Assembly (NCBI GenBank): GCA_034932745.1
Contig: JAYFOJ010000002.1
Location: 219,694 to 283,693 of the forward strand
Source of the DNA: Erysipelotrichaceae bacterium
GTDB lineage: Bacteria > Bacillota_I > Bacilli_A > RFN20 > CAG-826
Length of the DNA stretch: 64,000 bases
Direction: 5' to 3'
The position numbers were made by a program, and so were the translations under genes. The notes under the pieces are model-generated. The model saw only the letters and a list, made by a program, of their open reading frames with translations. It made no database searches and was not told where the DNA came from. This document shows positions 11,216 through 21,308 of this stretch, in pieces. Every line of letters starts with the position of its first letter. Within the stretch, counting starts at the first letter, position 1.

Positions 11216-12655
11216 CTAGTTTTTCGTAATCGATAGTGTGACGTTAGTGCCACTAATCGAAATTACTGAGAACGAATATGGTAATGTAGTGTTGCTGTTG
11301 AGTTTTCCGGAGTTCACGAAGAATGAAGCATATGAACTCATCGAGAATGACTTACCAGCAGTCCAAACATCGGATGCGGAGAATTGTCCGCCATTTTGAT
11401 AGGTGTTTGTACCACCTGCTTGTAATAAATGAAGCAATCTATAATTACGATATGCACTATTTAAAGCGCCATTACTTCCAGTCGTATTGCTCGTTGCGTG
11501 ATAGTAAGTGTTACCGGCTTCGATAGTCGTTGCAATCGTAGGGGTTGCACCACTATAGTTTTTCATTAATCTAGCATCGACGTGCCATACTCTTATACCA
11601 ACCGTATTCGGTCCTTTTGGGCTTCCTGAATATTGATACTTTGAGTCAAAGTAATTTAGACCTGTTGGCGAGTAGACATCAAGAATCAAATACTCATCAA
11701 ATGGAGAATTGGTACTTAAACTATTTGGGGAAAGAATAACTGCATCTCCTGGAGCGATTGTTAATGTTGTGCTTCCAGTAGGAACAATTGGATCAATCCA
11801 TCCTAATGCAAGTTTGGAATATGGATCGTGTTCGCCAACGTTATAATCCTGCATACTGAATCCACCGGCTGCTCCGTATGAACTAGTCGAATCGTAATTA
11901 TAATAATCATCTAGTCCCATGACGTGACCTAATTCATGAATATAAGTGTGCGCATCGACAGTGCAGTTAGAAGATTCGCTCATAAAATCATAAGAGGCCC
12001 AGAAATAGGTGTTTGCAGTTGGAGATGTTTTATTTGAATTAGCACCAGTCCAATATGTATATGCCCATAAATTATCGTTACTAGCATAATTATTAGGAGC
12101 GTTATAAATTAAGATAACTCCATCGATATAGCCATCGCTATCAGAGTCAAATTCTGTTCCATTTGAACTATATGTGGTCTTGTACCAGTTTGTTGCTGAT
12201 GTAACTAACGTGGTCGTTTGATCTTCAGTAATACTGGTGCCGTAACTAGCACTATACCATCCAGAGACCGTTCCGGTGATGGTTAACTTACCTTTTGATT
12301 CTGTATGATAGAACGAAGCGACTGATTCCCAACCGGTTTCCGCTTCGGTACCAAAATATGCCAATCTAATTTTTTCTCTAACAGCTTCAGTAGCATTATT
12401 CGCATAGTTATTTAATTTGACTGGAATTACCAATAGATTGACCGTGCCGGAAGTTGGCATTGAATCCATATTATCGTAATAGTTATTATCCATGTAATCG
12501 CGATAATTGTAAGACATGCTAGGATAACGGACATTAGAGGTACTTCCATTTGAACTTGAATCAGTATTTGAACTACTTGGGGTAACATTAAAACCACAGC
12601 TAGTCAAAAGGGCTGATAAAAGCGTCAGAACGAGAACATTTTGATGTTTTTTCAT
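11216..12655 (-). CDS. Secreted zinc metalloprotease lipoprotein (HExxH; M6/InhA-like motif HELGHVMGLDDYY)
   Basis: Lipoprotein signal peptide MKKHQNVLVLTLLSALLTSCG, Ser/Asn-rich linker, single HELGH zinc motif followed by GLDDYY. Confidence 0.55.
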   Translation of the reverse strand: MKKHQNVLVLTLLSALLTSCGFNVTPSSSNTDSSSNGSTSNVRYPSMSYNYRDYMDNNYYDNMDSMPTSGTVNLLVIPVKLNNYANNATEAVREKIRLAYFGTEAETGWESVASFYHTESKGKLTITGTVSGWYSASYGTSITEDQTTTLVTSATNWYKTTYSSNGTEFDSDSDGYIDGVILIYNAPNNYASNDNLWAYTYWTGANSNKTSPTANTYFWASYDFMSESSNCTVDAHTYIHELGHVMGLDDYYNYDSTSSYGAAGGFSMQDYNVGEHDPYSKLALGWIDPIVPTGSTTLTIAPGDAVILSPNSLSTNSPFDEYLILDVYSPTGLNYFDSKYQYSGSPKGPNTVGIRVWHVDARLMKNYSGATPTIATTIEAGNTYYHATSNTTGSNGALNSAYRNYRLLHLLQAGGTNTYQNGGQFSASDVWTAGKSFSMSSYASFFVNSGKLNSNTTLPYSFSVISISGTNVTLSITKN

Positions 12656-12715
12656 AAACGATTTCCTTAATTGATAAACAATACCTACGTATTATTTACT
12701 GACCAAACTATTAAA

Positions 12716-13669
12716 TTATTGGAAATCTCCAGTATAAAAGCAATTAGAAAAAGACATTCTTGAGTTAACCAAACATCCATCGTGGTTAATTTGTCGCACA
12801 AACGCCAATATTTTTGATCTTAAAACCGTCGGTACTTTACAATCTAGTAACTTGATTCCTTCATCAAAATCATATTTGGCGTTTTCGATTAAATCCAAAA
12901 AAGACTTATTAGAAGGTTCTCCGGTCACTGGATGAATCCACTTTGAGTGTTTTAAATTTAGATAGTCTACTTCACTATCGTCATTTACAGATTTCGGTGT
13001 AGACATAGAGTTAAGAAGAGAATATCTAAAATGTTTCTCGAAAAATTTCTTTTTAGTACCAGTTTTAGAATGCAATAAATGGTTCGCTGTTTCCATATCT
13101 TTTACGGCGTAGACAAATGATAAAGGAAAAACGGAAGGATTTTTCATAATTTCTCGTGCAAAATCGTAATACGCTAACGATATAATTTTTAAGTATTTAG
13201 TTTTCGCTTTCGTGGCTAAAGATGGGTCGATTTTCCGATATCCTTTTTTCTTCATGAACAATGAGTCAATTCTCGACTCAAACAAAGAGTGAATATAGGC
13301 ATATTTTTTAGACTCGTCTTTATTGCACGCAAATCCGCTTCGATAAAAGACATAAGGATGGCAATTACGGTCGACACAGTAATGCATAATAAATCCGGTT
13401 ATATATGCTTTCAAAACCGCTTTTTCCTCGTTGTTTGATTTATTTATTCTGTTGATCATAAATTCGAAGAAATCTGTCAAATCAATATGGTGAATGTTTG
13501 TTCCAAACTCCCGATTCTCATTGGTTAGTTTTCGACTTCCAAAAATCTTATATCCGTAGTAAAAAAATGGGTCGCTGCCTTGTGAACCAAGCAAAATGAT
13601 GTTGCGATATTCAGCGTCTTTTTGAGTGTTTTTATCTGCAAAAATATAATGCGTTAAATATGCTGGCAT
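12716..13669 (-). CDS. Hypothetical protein, possibly zinc-dependent phospholipase C-like family
   Basis: 317 aa beginning MPAYLTHYIF..., His/Asp-rich conserved-looking positions. Family call is from memory of the N-terminal pattern and is weak. Confidence 0.3.
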   Translation of the reverse strand: MPAYLTHYIFADKNTQKDAEYRNIILLGSQGSDPFFYYGYKIFGSRKLTNENREFGTNIHHIDLTDFFEFMINRINKSNNEEKAVLKAYITGFIMHYCVDRNCHPYVFYRSGFACNKDESKKYAYIHSLFESRIDSLFMKKKGYRKIDPSLATKAKTKYLKIISLAYYDFAREIMKNPSVFPLSFVYAVKDMETANHLLHSKTGTKKKFFEKHFRYSLLNSMSTPKSVNDDSEVDYLNLKHSKWIHPVTGEPSNKSFLDLIENAKYDFDEGIKLLDCKVPTVLRSKILAFVRQINHDGCLVNSRMSFSNCFYTGDFQ

Positions 13670-13671
13670 AA

Positions 13672-15060
13672 TTAGTCTTGATCGAAAGCCTCCAATCCTT
13701 TTTTAGATTCAGTTTTTTTACCTTTTGTGTTTCCGATGAAAAGGAAGACGATTAGTGATGCGGTAAATAAGACAGCACTATATGGGAACATAACCGGCCA
13801 TGCGAAACTCGTTCCAACCAAGGCTCCAAGCGCGATTGGAGTTAACGATTGAGCAAGCATTGAAGTCGCGTAATAAATACCTGTAAATTTCCCGACCGTA
13901 CTAGCAGTGGCTAATTCGACCACCATTGGATACGAACAACAATTTATTAATGCCCAGCCAATACCAGCGACGACAAAGAAGGCATAGTACGCAAGTACAA
14001 ACAATCCTTCGACTGTGGTTACACCAGTAAAAATAGGCCCGATAAAGAAGATTCCGATCATCGATAAAATCATTAATATTAGTCCAATAACAATAGTCCA
14101 TTTACGACCGATTTTGTCTGCTAAAAACCCTGCAGGGATAAAAGTAATCAATGACGCTACTGTTAGAATAATAATTCCTAACGAGAAAGATTTAAAATCG
14201 ATATAGAATGTGCAATAGTTACTCCAAAATGTTTCGACGGCGTTAAAGGCAGCAAACCATAAGAAAATTGCAATAATCAATATTGTCAAAAACCTTTTAT
14301 TTCTTTTCGACAACTTTTGGTTTTCTACTAGTGGCTCTTCGACTTCTGCTTCGAGTTCGCCACGAGCCATTTCTTCTTTCATTTCATCGACGATTTTATT
14401 TTCTTTAATTGTGATTGCTAAAACAATCATCGATGCAATCATCAAAATAGCGGCAATAATGAATGGCAAGTACATCATTATCATTCCTCTTGAATCGACA
14501 AAATATTGCTTAGTAGCGATAAATAAGGCGATTGCGCCCGCTAAAATAGCTCCAACATATCCAACGAGATTAATTACGCCATTAGCTTTTGCCCTAAGTG
14601 GTTTTGGCGTTATATCCGGCATTAATGATACTGCTGGATTTCGATAAGCCTGCATAAAAATAAGAACAAGCGCCATAGTAATAATGAATCCAACTAGAGA
14701 ATCAGCAGCGTATGCAATTGGAAGAAAGATTAACGCAATTGAAGCAAGAATTGTTCCGCCGATAATATATGGCATTCTTTTTCCTAACTTTGTTTTTGTT
14801 TTATCTGATAGCCATCCAAATATTGGAAGCATAAATAAAGCAAAAACATTGTCCATCGCCATTAAAACGCCGACGAGGTATTGAACTTCTTCTTCGGTTT
14901 GTCCAAGTTGTTCTTTTAATAATTGCGTAAGAATTACTGGGCAATAAGTGTTATAAACTTGCCAAAGCATTAGAATTCCAAAAAATGCAAAACCAATAAT
15001 CAAAGTCCTCTTGTAATTCAAAGATAATTTACGATCTTTTGTCTGGACATTCTTTTCCAT
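13672..15060 (-). CDS. MFS transporter (12 TM; glycoside/cation-symporter-like)
   Basis: 462 aa, two 6-TM halves separated by a charged loop (EEMARGELEAEVEEP). Confidence 0.7.
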   Translation of the reverse strand: MEKNVQTKDRKLSLNYKRTLIIGFAFFGILMLWQVYNTYCPVILTQLLKEQLGQTEEEVQYLVGVLMAMDNVFALFMLPIFGWLSDKTKTKLGKRMPYIIGGTILASIALIFLPIAYAADSLVGFIITMALVLIFMQAYRNPAVSLMPDITPKPLRAKANGVINLVGYVGAILAGAIALFIATKQYFVDSRGMIMMYLPFIIAAILMIASMIVLAITIKENKIVDEMKEEMARGELEAEVEEPLVENQKLSKRNKRFLTILIIAIFLWFAAFNAVETFWSNYCTFYIDFKSFSLGIIILTVASLITFIPAGFLADKIGRKWTIVIGLILMILSMIGIFFIGPIFTGVTTVEGLFVLAYYAFFVVAGIGWALINCCSYPMVVELATASTVGKFTGIYYATSMLAQSLTPIALGALVGTSFAWPVMFPYSAVLFTASLIVFLFIGNTKGKKTESKKGLEAFDQD

Positions 15061-15139
15061 ATGTATTCCTCTTTTATTATTATCGCAAATTATCGAACAA
15101 ATATATTAGTAGTTTTGCTTAATTGGAAAAGGGTTTCTC

Positions 15140-16099
15140 ATGTTCTATACTATTTTCATGGATGACATCAAGGTCTCAATAGTCGCAATAACTCACAATC
15201 AAGAAAACTATATCAAAAGAGCTTTAACATCTTTAGTTAATCAAGATTTTAAACTTCCATATGAAATTATCGTTGTAAACGATTCTTCGAAAGATTTGAC
15301 CGGAAATATCATCGCAGATTTCGTCAAAAAATATGCAAACATCAAGGTGGTAAATGTGAACTGCCACGCGGCAGGATTAGCAAGAATTGAAGGAATCAAA
15401 ATTTCTCGTGGAAAATACATAACTTTTCTAGATTGTGACGACTATTATGACCATAAAATGGTTAGTACCCTTTATGAAGTTATTGAAAAAGAAGAAGCAG
15501 ATTTAGTCAACTGTTCTAACTTCTATATCAAGAAAAATAGAATCAAAAAAAATCCATGGGTGAAGGATATTGTTTTGAACAAAATAGAGGCCTTAGATGC
15601 CCTATTTAGTGACACCTATTTTCATGGCTTTATGTGGGCAAAAATTTTTAAAGGTGAAATCATTCGAAATATCAACTTTAATCTCCCGAAAGAAAATATC
15701 ATTTTTGAAGACATTTTAATGTCTTTTGAAATAATTTTAAAATGCACCAAAATTGTATCGATAAGTACACCGCTTTACTATTACGACAAGAACAATCTGG
15801 AATCGATTACTAATGCGACGCAATGTCGAGCGCAAAGTAATGTAAATATTTTTGCGGCTATTAGGTATGAGATTGATATGCTGAATGATTTTGATTTCTT
15901 AAAAATCTGGCGAAAGCACAACACGAGAAGGAAGTTTTCAATCATCGCTGACGCCTACATGGATCGTAGAAATAATAATATATTCAAAACTGTTAAAATC
16001 AGTTTTGCACAACTAAAAGCATTAAATTGTAAAAATAAAATCGACATTAAATCTTATGTTTTTAGCAACTTTATAAAAAAGTGTTTTGGAATGCGCTAA
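15140..16099 (+). CDS. Family 2 glycosyltransferase
   Basis: VSIVAITHNQENYIKRALTSLVNQDF...EIIVVNDSSKD...FLDCDD: GT2 DXD-containing N-terminal domain. Confidence 0.8.
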   Translation: MFYTIFMDDIKVSIVAITHNQENYIKRALTSLVNQDFKLPYEIIVVNDSSKDLTGNIIADFVKKYANIKVVNVNCHAAGLARIEGIKISRGKYITFLDCDDYYDHKMVSTLYEVIEKEEADLVNCSNFYIKKNRIKKNPWVKDIVLNKIEALDALFSDTYFHGFMWAKIFKGEIIRNINFNLPKENIIFEDILMSFEIILKCTKIVSISTPLYYYDKNNLESITNATQCRAQSNVNIFAAIRYEIDMLNDFDFLKIWRKHNTRRKFSIIADAYMDRRNNNIFKTVKISFAQLKALNCKNKIDIKSYVFSNFIKKCFGMR

Positions 16100-16167
16100 A
16101 AAAGACGTTAAATAAAAATGTTGGAGCTTACCAATAAAACGAAAAGAATATTGGTAAATATTATACT

Positions 16168-19100
16168 ATGAAAACACAAAACTCATTTTTGAAAAAGTCT
16201 ATTCTCGCTGTTGTGTTAGCAGGCGTATTAGGGTCGTCTGCGCTTTTTTCTATCGGTCGAACAGCAAGTAAGGCTAACGCTTTAGAAGAACAACAAGTTG
16301 TTCCTGAAGTGAAAAATGCTGTCGGAACGTATTACGATGGCATTAGTTCTTCTGCGACCGGAACCACCCTTTTAAGTTCACTAAGATCATTGAACAGTAC
16401 CAAAAGAACAAGTACAGTTGGGTATAGTAAATTTGGTAGTTATTATCCACAAACAGATGGCGATCCAAATAACTCTTCAAACATCATCGCCTTCTATTCT
16501 GGAACATCTACATCGTTTAATGGCTCATTCAGTGGAAGCGTCAATCGCGAGCATGTCTGGCCAAATAGCCATGGCGGAAACCTTGTTGAAAATGACATTC
16601 ATATGCCAAGACCAACTCTAGTCAGCGAGAATGGTTCAAGAGGCAACTCATTCTATGTTGAAGGGATGAAATCATCTTCTGACGGATGGGATCCAGCGAT
16701 GGAGTCATTTGGTTTAGAGAAGTATCGTGGCATCTCTGCAAGAATTATCTTCTATTGTGTGGTTGCTAGCAGTCAATTAAGTCTTGTAGATGCCACTAGC
16801 GGTGGTAGCAATCAAATGGGCAAACTAAGCGACTTACTTAAATGGAATCTTGCTTATACTATCGATGCAACTGAAACAAAAAGAAACGAAGCTGCTCAAA
16901 CCATTCAAGGAAATAGAAACCCATTTATTGACCATCCGGAATACGCATGTAAGATTTGGGGAGATTATAACGATACGACAAAATCAGTTTGTGCGGCTTC
17001 TGCCACACCTTCTGTCGCATTAGATAAAACCACCGCGACTATTTATACAGGAAATAACACTACATTAGTCGCTACCGTTTCAAATTCGAGTAGCACGGTT
17101 TCCTGGACTTCAAGTAATAGCAATGTCGCGAGTGTTAATAGTAGTGGATTAGTAACTGGTGTTAGTAATGGTTCTGCCACCATCACTGCTTCTATTATCG
17201 ATAACTCTGTTACTTACTCTGCAACATGTAGTGTCACAGTTCAAACCGCACCAGCAAATGTTTCAGTGACTGGTGTTACTTTAGATAAATCTACTTCTTC
17301 AATTTATGTCGGTGGCACAACCACTTTAAGTGCAACTATTGCACCTTCTAATGCCACCACTCAAACTTTAAAATGGACTACCACTAATAGTGCGGTAGCT
17401 TCTTTAAGTGCCACAACTGGTTCATCGATTACGGTAACTGGTGGTTCTAGTGGTTCGGCGACCATTACAGCAACCACTGATGATGGAGGTTATACTGCTT
17501 CTTGTGTGGTGACCGTTAATACTCAACCAAGTAGTGGAGCAACCGATACCATCACTTCATCTGGATTGTCTTTAGCTGCTGTATACGCGAACTATTCTTA
17601 CTCGTCTAGCGCAAGTGGCGCGTCTTATACGTGCTATGGATACAGCGGATCGAGTAGTACCATTCAAATGAATAGTACCAAGAGTGCCGGCTTTATAACT
17701 ACTGTTTCTGGTGGCAATTTGCAATCGGTTACTTTCAACTGGGGTACTTCAACTACCTCTGGTAGATCGGTCGCTGTTTATGGTTCAAATACTGCATATT
17801 CATCGACTTCATCCAGTTCGATTCAAGCAACGACAAGTTTGGGTTCGGTAACATACTCCGGAACAACCTCGATGACTTATACTTTCTCGAGTAATTACGC
17901 TTATTTTGCTTTCATGCCTGTTGGCGGAGCGTTGTACTTCACAAATATCGTAGTAAACTGGGCAGCTTCTGAATCTACCCCTACTTTATCTTCAATATCG
18001 ATTTCTAGTAATCCAACCAAGATGGTTTATACCGCTGGCGAAACATTAAATTTAACAGGCTTAGTTGTCGATGCATATTACACCGATGGTTCAAGTATCG
18101 GAGGAATCGTTGGCTACACAACTGATCCAGCAAATGGCGCGACACTAAGCACAATCGGCACACAAACAGTTACAATTTCGCACACCGACGCTGGCGTCAC
18201 TCAGACGACGTCGTTTGATGTTACTGTCAATAGACAACAAGTAGCTTTAACTTCAGTTACTTTAAATACTTCATCTGTGACATTAGATATTAATGGAACG
18301 ACGACGTTGACTGCAACTATTGCTCCTGAAAACATTTATCCAGCCGCAACCGTTACTTGGTCGACTAGTTCTTCTAGTATTGCAACTGTCGTCGATGGTT
18401 TAGTCACTGCGGTTAACTCTGGCTCTGCCACTATTACTGCAACCGCTACTCAAGATTCAATTACCAAGATTGCAACATGTACCATCAATGTAAATGAATT
18501 ACCATTCGTTCCTACTACGACATATGGAGGCGGAAGTGGAGCAACACTCGTAACAGATTCTTCCACTCTTGCTAGTGGAGACCAAATCGTTATTGCAACT
18601 CCAACTTATAACATGGCCTTAGGTGCTGCTAGTTCAACGATTCGCACCAATGTCGCCGTTACAATTTCTGGATCCAGCATTACTGATTTAGGTAGTGCTA
18701 CAGTTCTCACCCTAGGCGGATCTACTGGTGCTTGGACATTATCTAATGGAACTGATTACCTATATTTCACTGGTACCTCTAATGCTTTACAAACCGGAAC
18801 TTCAGCCTCGAGTGGCAACACATGGAATATCACAATCACTAATGGTTCAACCACTATTGCAAACGTCGCTAATACCGCAAGAACAATTCAATACAATTCA
18901 TCTTCACCACGCTTTGCGTGCTATACAACAACTCAAAAGCCTGTGTCGATTTATAAACTAGCAGCAGGAGGATATAACTATAATTACATTCTCGATATGC
19001 TAGATGGCGATTACTGCTCATGTACATTAGATGAATTGAATACCATTTATTCACGTTATGTTTTGATGACCGAAACTGAAATAAACCATTTAAATAACGC

Positions 19101-19320
19101 AACTATTATTGGTAAGGATTCAAAGACCTACACTGGTTTACAAGCTTACGAAGTCGCAATGGCTAGACGCACTGCTTTACAAAACCAAGCCACCAAAGAC
19201 TCAATCTTTGATACAAATATCGACCACACGACCATTATTGCGTTAATTACCATTATTGCGCTTATCGGAGCTTCTTCTATCGGCGCATACTTCTACTTCA
19301 GAAAGAAAAACGAACAATAA
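16168..19320 (+). CDS. Large membrane-anchored extracellular nuclease: Endonuclease-I family domain plus Big_2 Ig-like repeats plus C-terminal TM anchor
   Basis: Signal peptide; NREHVWPNSHGG...NRNPFIDHPEYACKIW (Endonuclease_1 motifs). At least three Big_2-type repeats (..ATIAPSNATTQTLKWTTTNSAVASL..). C-terminal TM helix TIIALITIIALIGASSIGAYFYF followed by RKKNEQ. Confidence 0.75.
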   Translation: MKTQNSFLKKSILAVVLAGVLGSSALFSIGRTASKANALEEQQVVPEVKNAVGTYYDGISSSATGTTLLSSLRSLNSTKRTSTVGYSKFGSYYPQTDGDPNNSSNIIAFYSGTSTSFNGSFSGSVNREHVWPNSHGGNLVENDIHMPRPTLVSENGSRGNSFYVEGMKSSSDGWDPAMESFGLEKYRGISARIIFYCVVASSQLSLVDATSGGSNQMGKLSDLLKWNLAYTIDATETKRNEAAQTIQGNRNPFIDHPEYACKIWGDYNDTTKSVCAASATPSVALDKTTATIYTGNNTTLVATVSNSSSTVSWTSSNSNVASVNSSGLVTGVSNGSATITASIIDNSVTYSATCSVTVQTAPANVSVTGVTLDKSTSSIYVGGTTTLSATIAPSNATTQTLKWTTTNSAVASLSATTGSSITVTGGSSGSATITATTDDGGYTASCVVTVNTQPSSGATDTITSSGLSLAAVYANYSYSSSASGASYTCYGYSGSSSTIQMNSTKSAGFITTVSGGNLQSVTFNWGTSTTSGRSVAVYGSNTAYSSTSSSSIQATTSLGSVTYSGTTSMTYTFSSNYAYFAFMPVGGALYFTNIVVNWAASESTPTLSSISISSNPTKMVYTAGETLNLTGLVVDAYYTDGSSIGGIVGYTTDPANGATLSTIGTQTVTISHTDAGVTQTTSFDVTVNRQQVALTSVTLNTSSVTLDINGTTTLTATIAPENIYPAATVTWSTSSSSIATVVDGLVTAVNSGSATITATATQDSITKIATCTINVNELPFVPTTTYGGGSGATLVTDSSTLASGDQIVIATPTYNMALGAASSTIRTNVAVTISGSSITDLGSATVLTLGGSTGAWTLSNGTDYLYFTGTSNALQTGTSASSGNTWNITITNGSTTIANVANTARTIQYNSSSPRFACYTTTQKPVSIYKLAAGGYNYNYILDMLDGDYCSCTLDELNTIYSRYVLMTETEINHLNNATIIGKDSKTYTGLQAYEVAMARRTALQNQATKDSIFDTNIDHTTIIALITIIALIGASSIGAYFYFRKKNEQ
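17007..18495 (+). repeat. Intragenic Big_2 (bacterial Ig-like) domain repeats: two tandem copies (~17007-17250, ~17262-17520) and a third (~18241-18495)
   Basis: Repeated ~80-aa modules ending in ..SATITAT..C.VTV within the 16168..19320 ORF. Confidence 0.55.
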
Positions 19321-19332
19321 TAATTCGTGAAC

Positions 19333-19368
19333 AAAATAAAAGCAGGAAGTTGTTTCCTGCTTTTATTA
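19333..19368. terminator. Bidirectional rho-independent terminator
   Basis: AAAATAAAAGCAGGAAgttgTTTCCTGCTTTTATTAT hairpin flanked by A- and T-tracts, between convergent genes. Confidence 0.8.
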
Positions 19369-21297
19369 TAACTTAATATGCTTCTTTTCGATTTGTTGTT
19401 CGTATTGCTTGATCTGAGTGTCGATATTCAATTCCTTGAATTGGTTCATGTAAAGATGATGATACCAACCATTGGTTTGTATTAAGTCTTTATGAGAACC
19501 TTGCTCGACAATCTTGCCATCGCTCATTACGATGATTCGATCAGCGTCGACGACCGTTGATAGACGATGCGCAATGATAATTGATGTTCTGCCTTTTAAT
19601 ACCTTATTAATTGTTCCTTGAATCTTGGCTTCGGTCTCGGTGTCGATTGAAGATGTTGCTTCATCAAGAATCATAATCTTTGGGTCTCTAATAATTGCTC
19701 TAGCAAAGGAGATTAACTGTTTTTGCCCAACCGATAATTGATTACCGCCATCCTCGAGCATTGTATCGTAACCGTTTGGTTGCGACATGATAAATTCATG
19801 AACGTCGACCATTTTTGCCGCTGCAATGATTTCTTCATCTGTAGCATCTAGTTTTCCGTAACGAATATTGTCCTTATATGTTCCACTAAATATAAATGGG
19901 TTCTGTTGAACATAACCAATATTGCTTCTTAACCATCCAACACTTCTTTGACGGTAGTCAATTCCGTCGATTAATAGTTCGCCTTTTGTCGGCTCATAGA
20001 AACGGCACAAGAGATTCACAGTAGTTGTTTTGCCACTTCCGGTTTCTCCTACAATCGCAAGTCTTTCACCTTTTTTGATTTGAAGGTTCAAACCGTGAAT
20101 AACTTCAGTAGAGTTATTATAGGCAAAAGAAATGTCTTTGAATTCAATTCTTCCATCGATTGATTCAAAATTCTCTTTTTTATTTTCGAATAGACTCCCA
20201 TATTTTTCTGTCACTTCTTCCGAATCGACGATTTCTGGTTCAGCATTTATGAGCTGGAGAACCTTTTCAACACTTGCTTGTGTTGCCATGAAATCGGAGA
20301 ATGTTTCAGAAAAATCCTGGATTGGATTATAAATAGCAGAAACGAAGGCAATAAATGTCGTGAACAACGCGATTGAAGTCGCGTCTGTTTTTAAGTTAAA
20401 AACATAGGTCCCTAAAACGATAATCAATCCGCTGGTCATCGCTGAGGCAATCGATATCACCGGTACCATCGCGGCGTTAGGAAAGGCTGCCTTAAATCTT
20501 TTTCTACGGATATCTTCCGTTACTTCTTCGGCCTCTTTATAAGTGTTTTCTTCAATTGCTAAAGTCTTAATCGTTTTTGCGCCATTGATACATTCTGCTA
20601 ACCATCTAACATAGTTAGAATAAGCATTTCGGGCAATTCTATGAAGCTTTAGAATCAATTTTTCAAAGACTGGGATCAAAATAATAAGAATAGGCGTCGT
20701 CGCTAATATAACTAAAGATAATTGAACGGAATAAGAAAACATTGAGATAACCGTAAACGCGACATCTGCAATCGTCCAGAAAATTCTTATTACGCCCCAA
20801 GAAATCATTTCTCCGATGTCGCTACAGTCGTTTTGCATTCTAGCGATAAGCCAACCACTTGGGGTTCGATCGTAATACGAGAAAGACAATTCTTGAACTC
20901 TTCTAAAACTGTCTCTTCTTAATGATGTCATCACATACATTTCGAGAAGATTAGTGATATAGAAAGTAAAGAATATGGTAAAGGCACGCATAATTATTCC
21001 AAAAACGAACAATAATGAATACCACAAGAAATTCACTTGAAAATTAATGCCAAAAATCAAATTAACATCGATAACTAAATCCTGAATGTTCGCACTATTA
21101 GACGAAGACACAGCCTTGATTAAAGATGCATTCATCAAGGGGGTAAACGAAGCATCGTAAAAAGCGGTCAAAAGCATGGTGATAGTGAGGACGATCAAAA
21201 GGACCCAATGTTCTTTTGTGTATTTGAACATCTTCAACCAGACAGAAAAATTTAACTTTTCTGGTATTTTATCTTCTTTAAATGAAAAAGTTGTCAT
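19366..21297 (-). CDS. ABC exporter permease/ATPase half-transporter
   Basis: 6-TM domain plus NBD with Walker A GETGSGKTT, signature LSVGQKQ and Walker B ILDEATS. Confidence 0.88.
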   Translation of the reverse strand: MTTFSFKEDKIPEKLNFSVWLKMFKYTKEHWVLLIVLTITMLLTAFYDASFTPLMNASLIKAVSSSNSANIQDLVIDVNLIFGINFQVNFLWYSLLFVFGIIMRAFTIFFTFYITNLLEMYVMTSLRRDSFRRVQELSFSYYDRTPSGWLIARMQNDCSDIGEMISWGVIRIFWTIADVAFTVISMFSYSVQLSLVILATTPILIILIPVFEKLILKLHRIARNAYSNYVRWLAECINGAKTIKTLAIEENTYKEAEEVTEDIRRKRFKAAFPNAAMVPVISIASAMTSGLIIVLGTYVFNLKTDATSIALFTTFIAFVSAIYNPIQDFSETFSDFMATQASVEKVLQLINAEPEIVDSEEVTEKYGSLFENKKENFESIDGRIEFKDISFAYNNSTEVIHGLNLQIKKGERLAIVGETGSGKTTTVNLLCRFYEPTKGELLIDGIDYRQRSVGWLRSNIGYVQQNPFIFSGTYKDNIRYGKLDATDEEIIAAAKMVDVHEFIMSQPNGYDTMLEDGGNQLSVGQKQLISFARAIIRDPKIMILDEATSSIDTETEAKIQGTINKVLKGRTSIIIAHRLSTVVDADRIIVMSDGKIVEQGSHKDLIQTNGWYHHLYMNQFKELNIDTQIKQYEQQIEKKHIKL

Positions 21298-21308
21298 TGC
21301 TACCTCCT

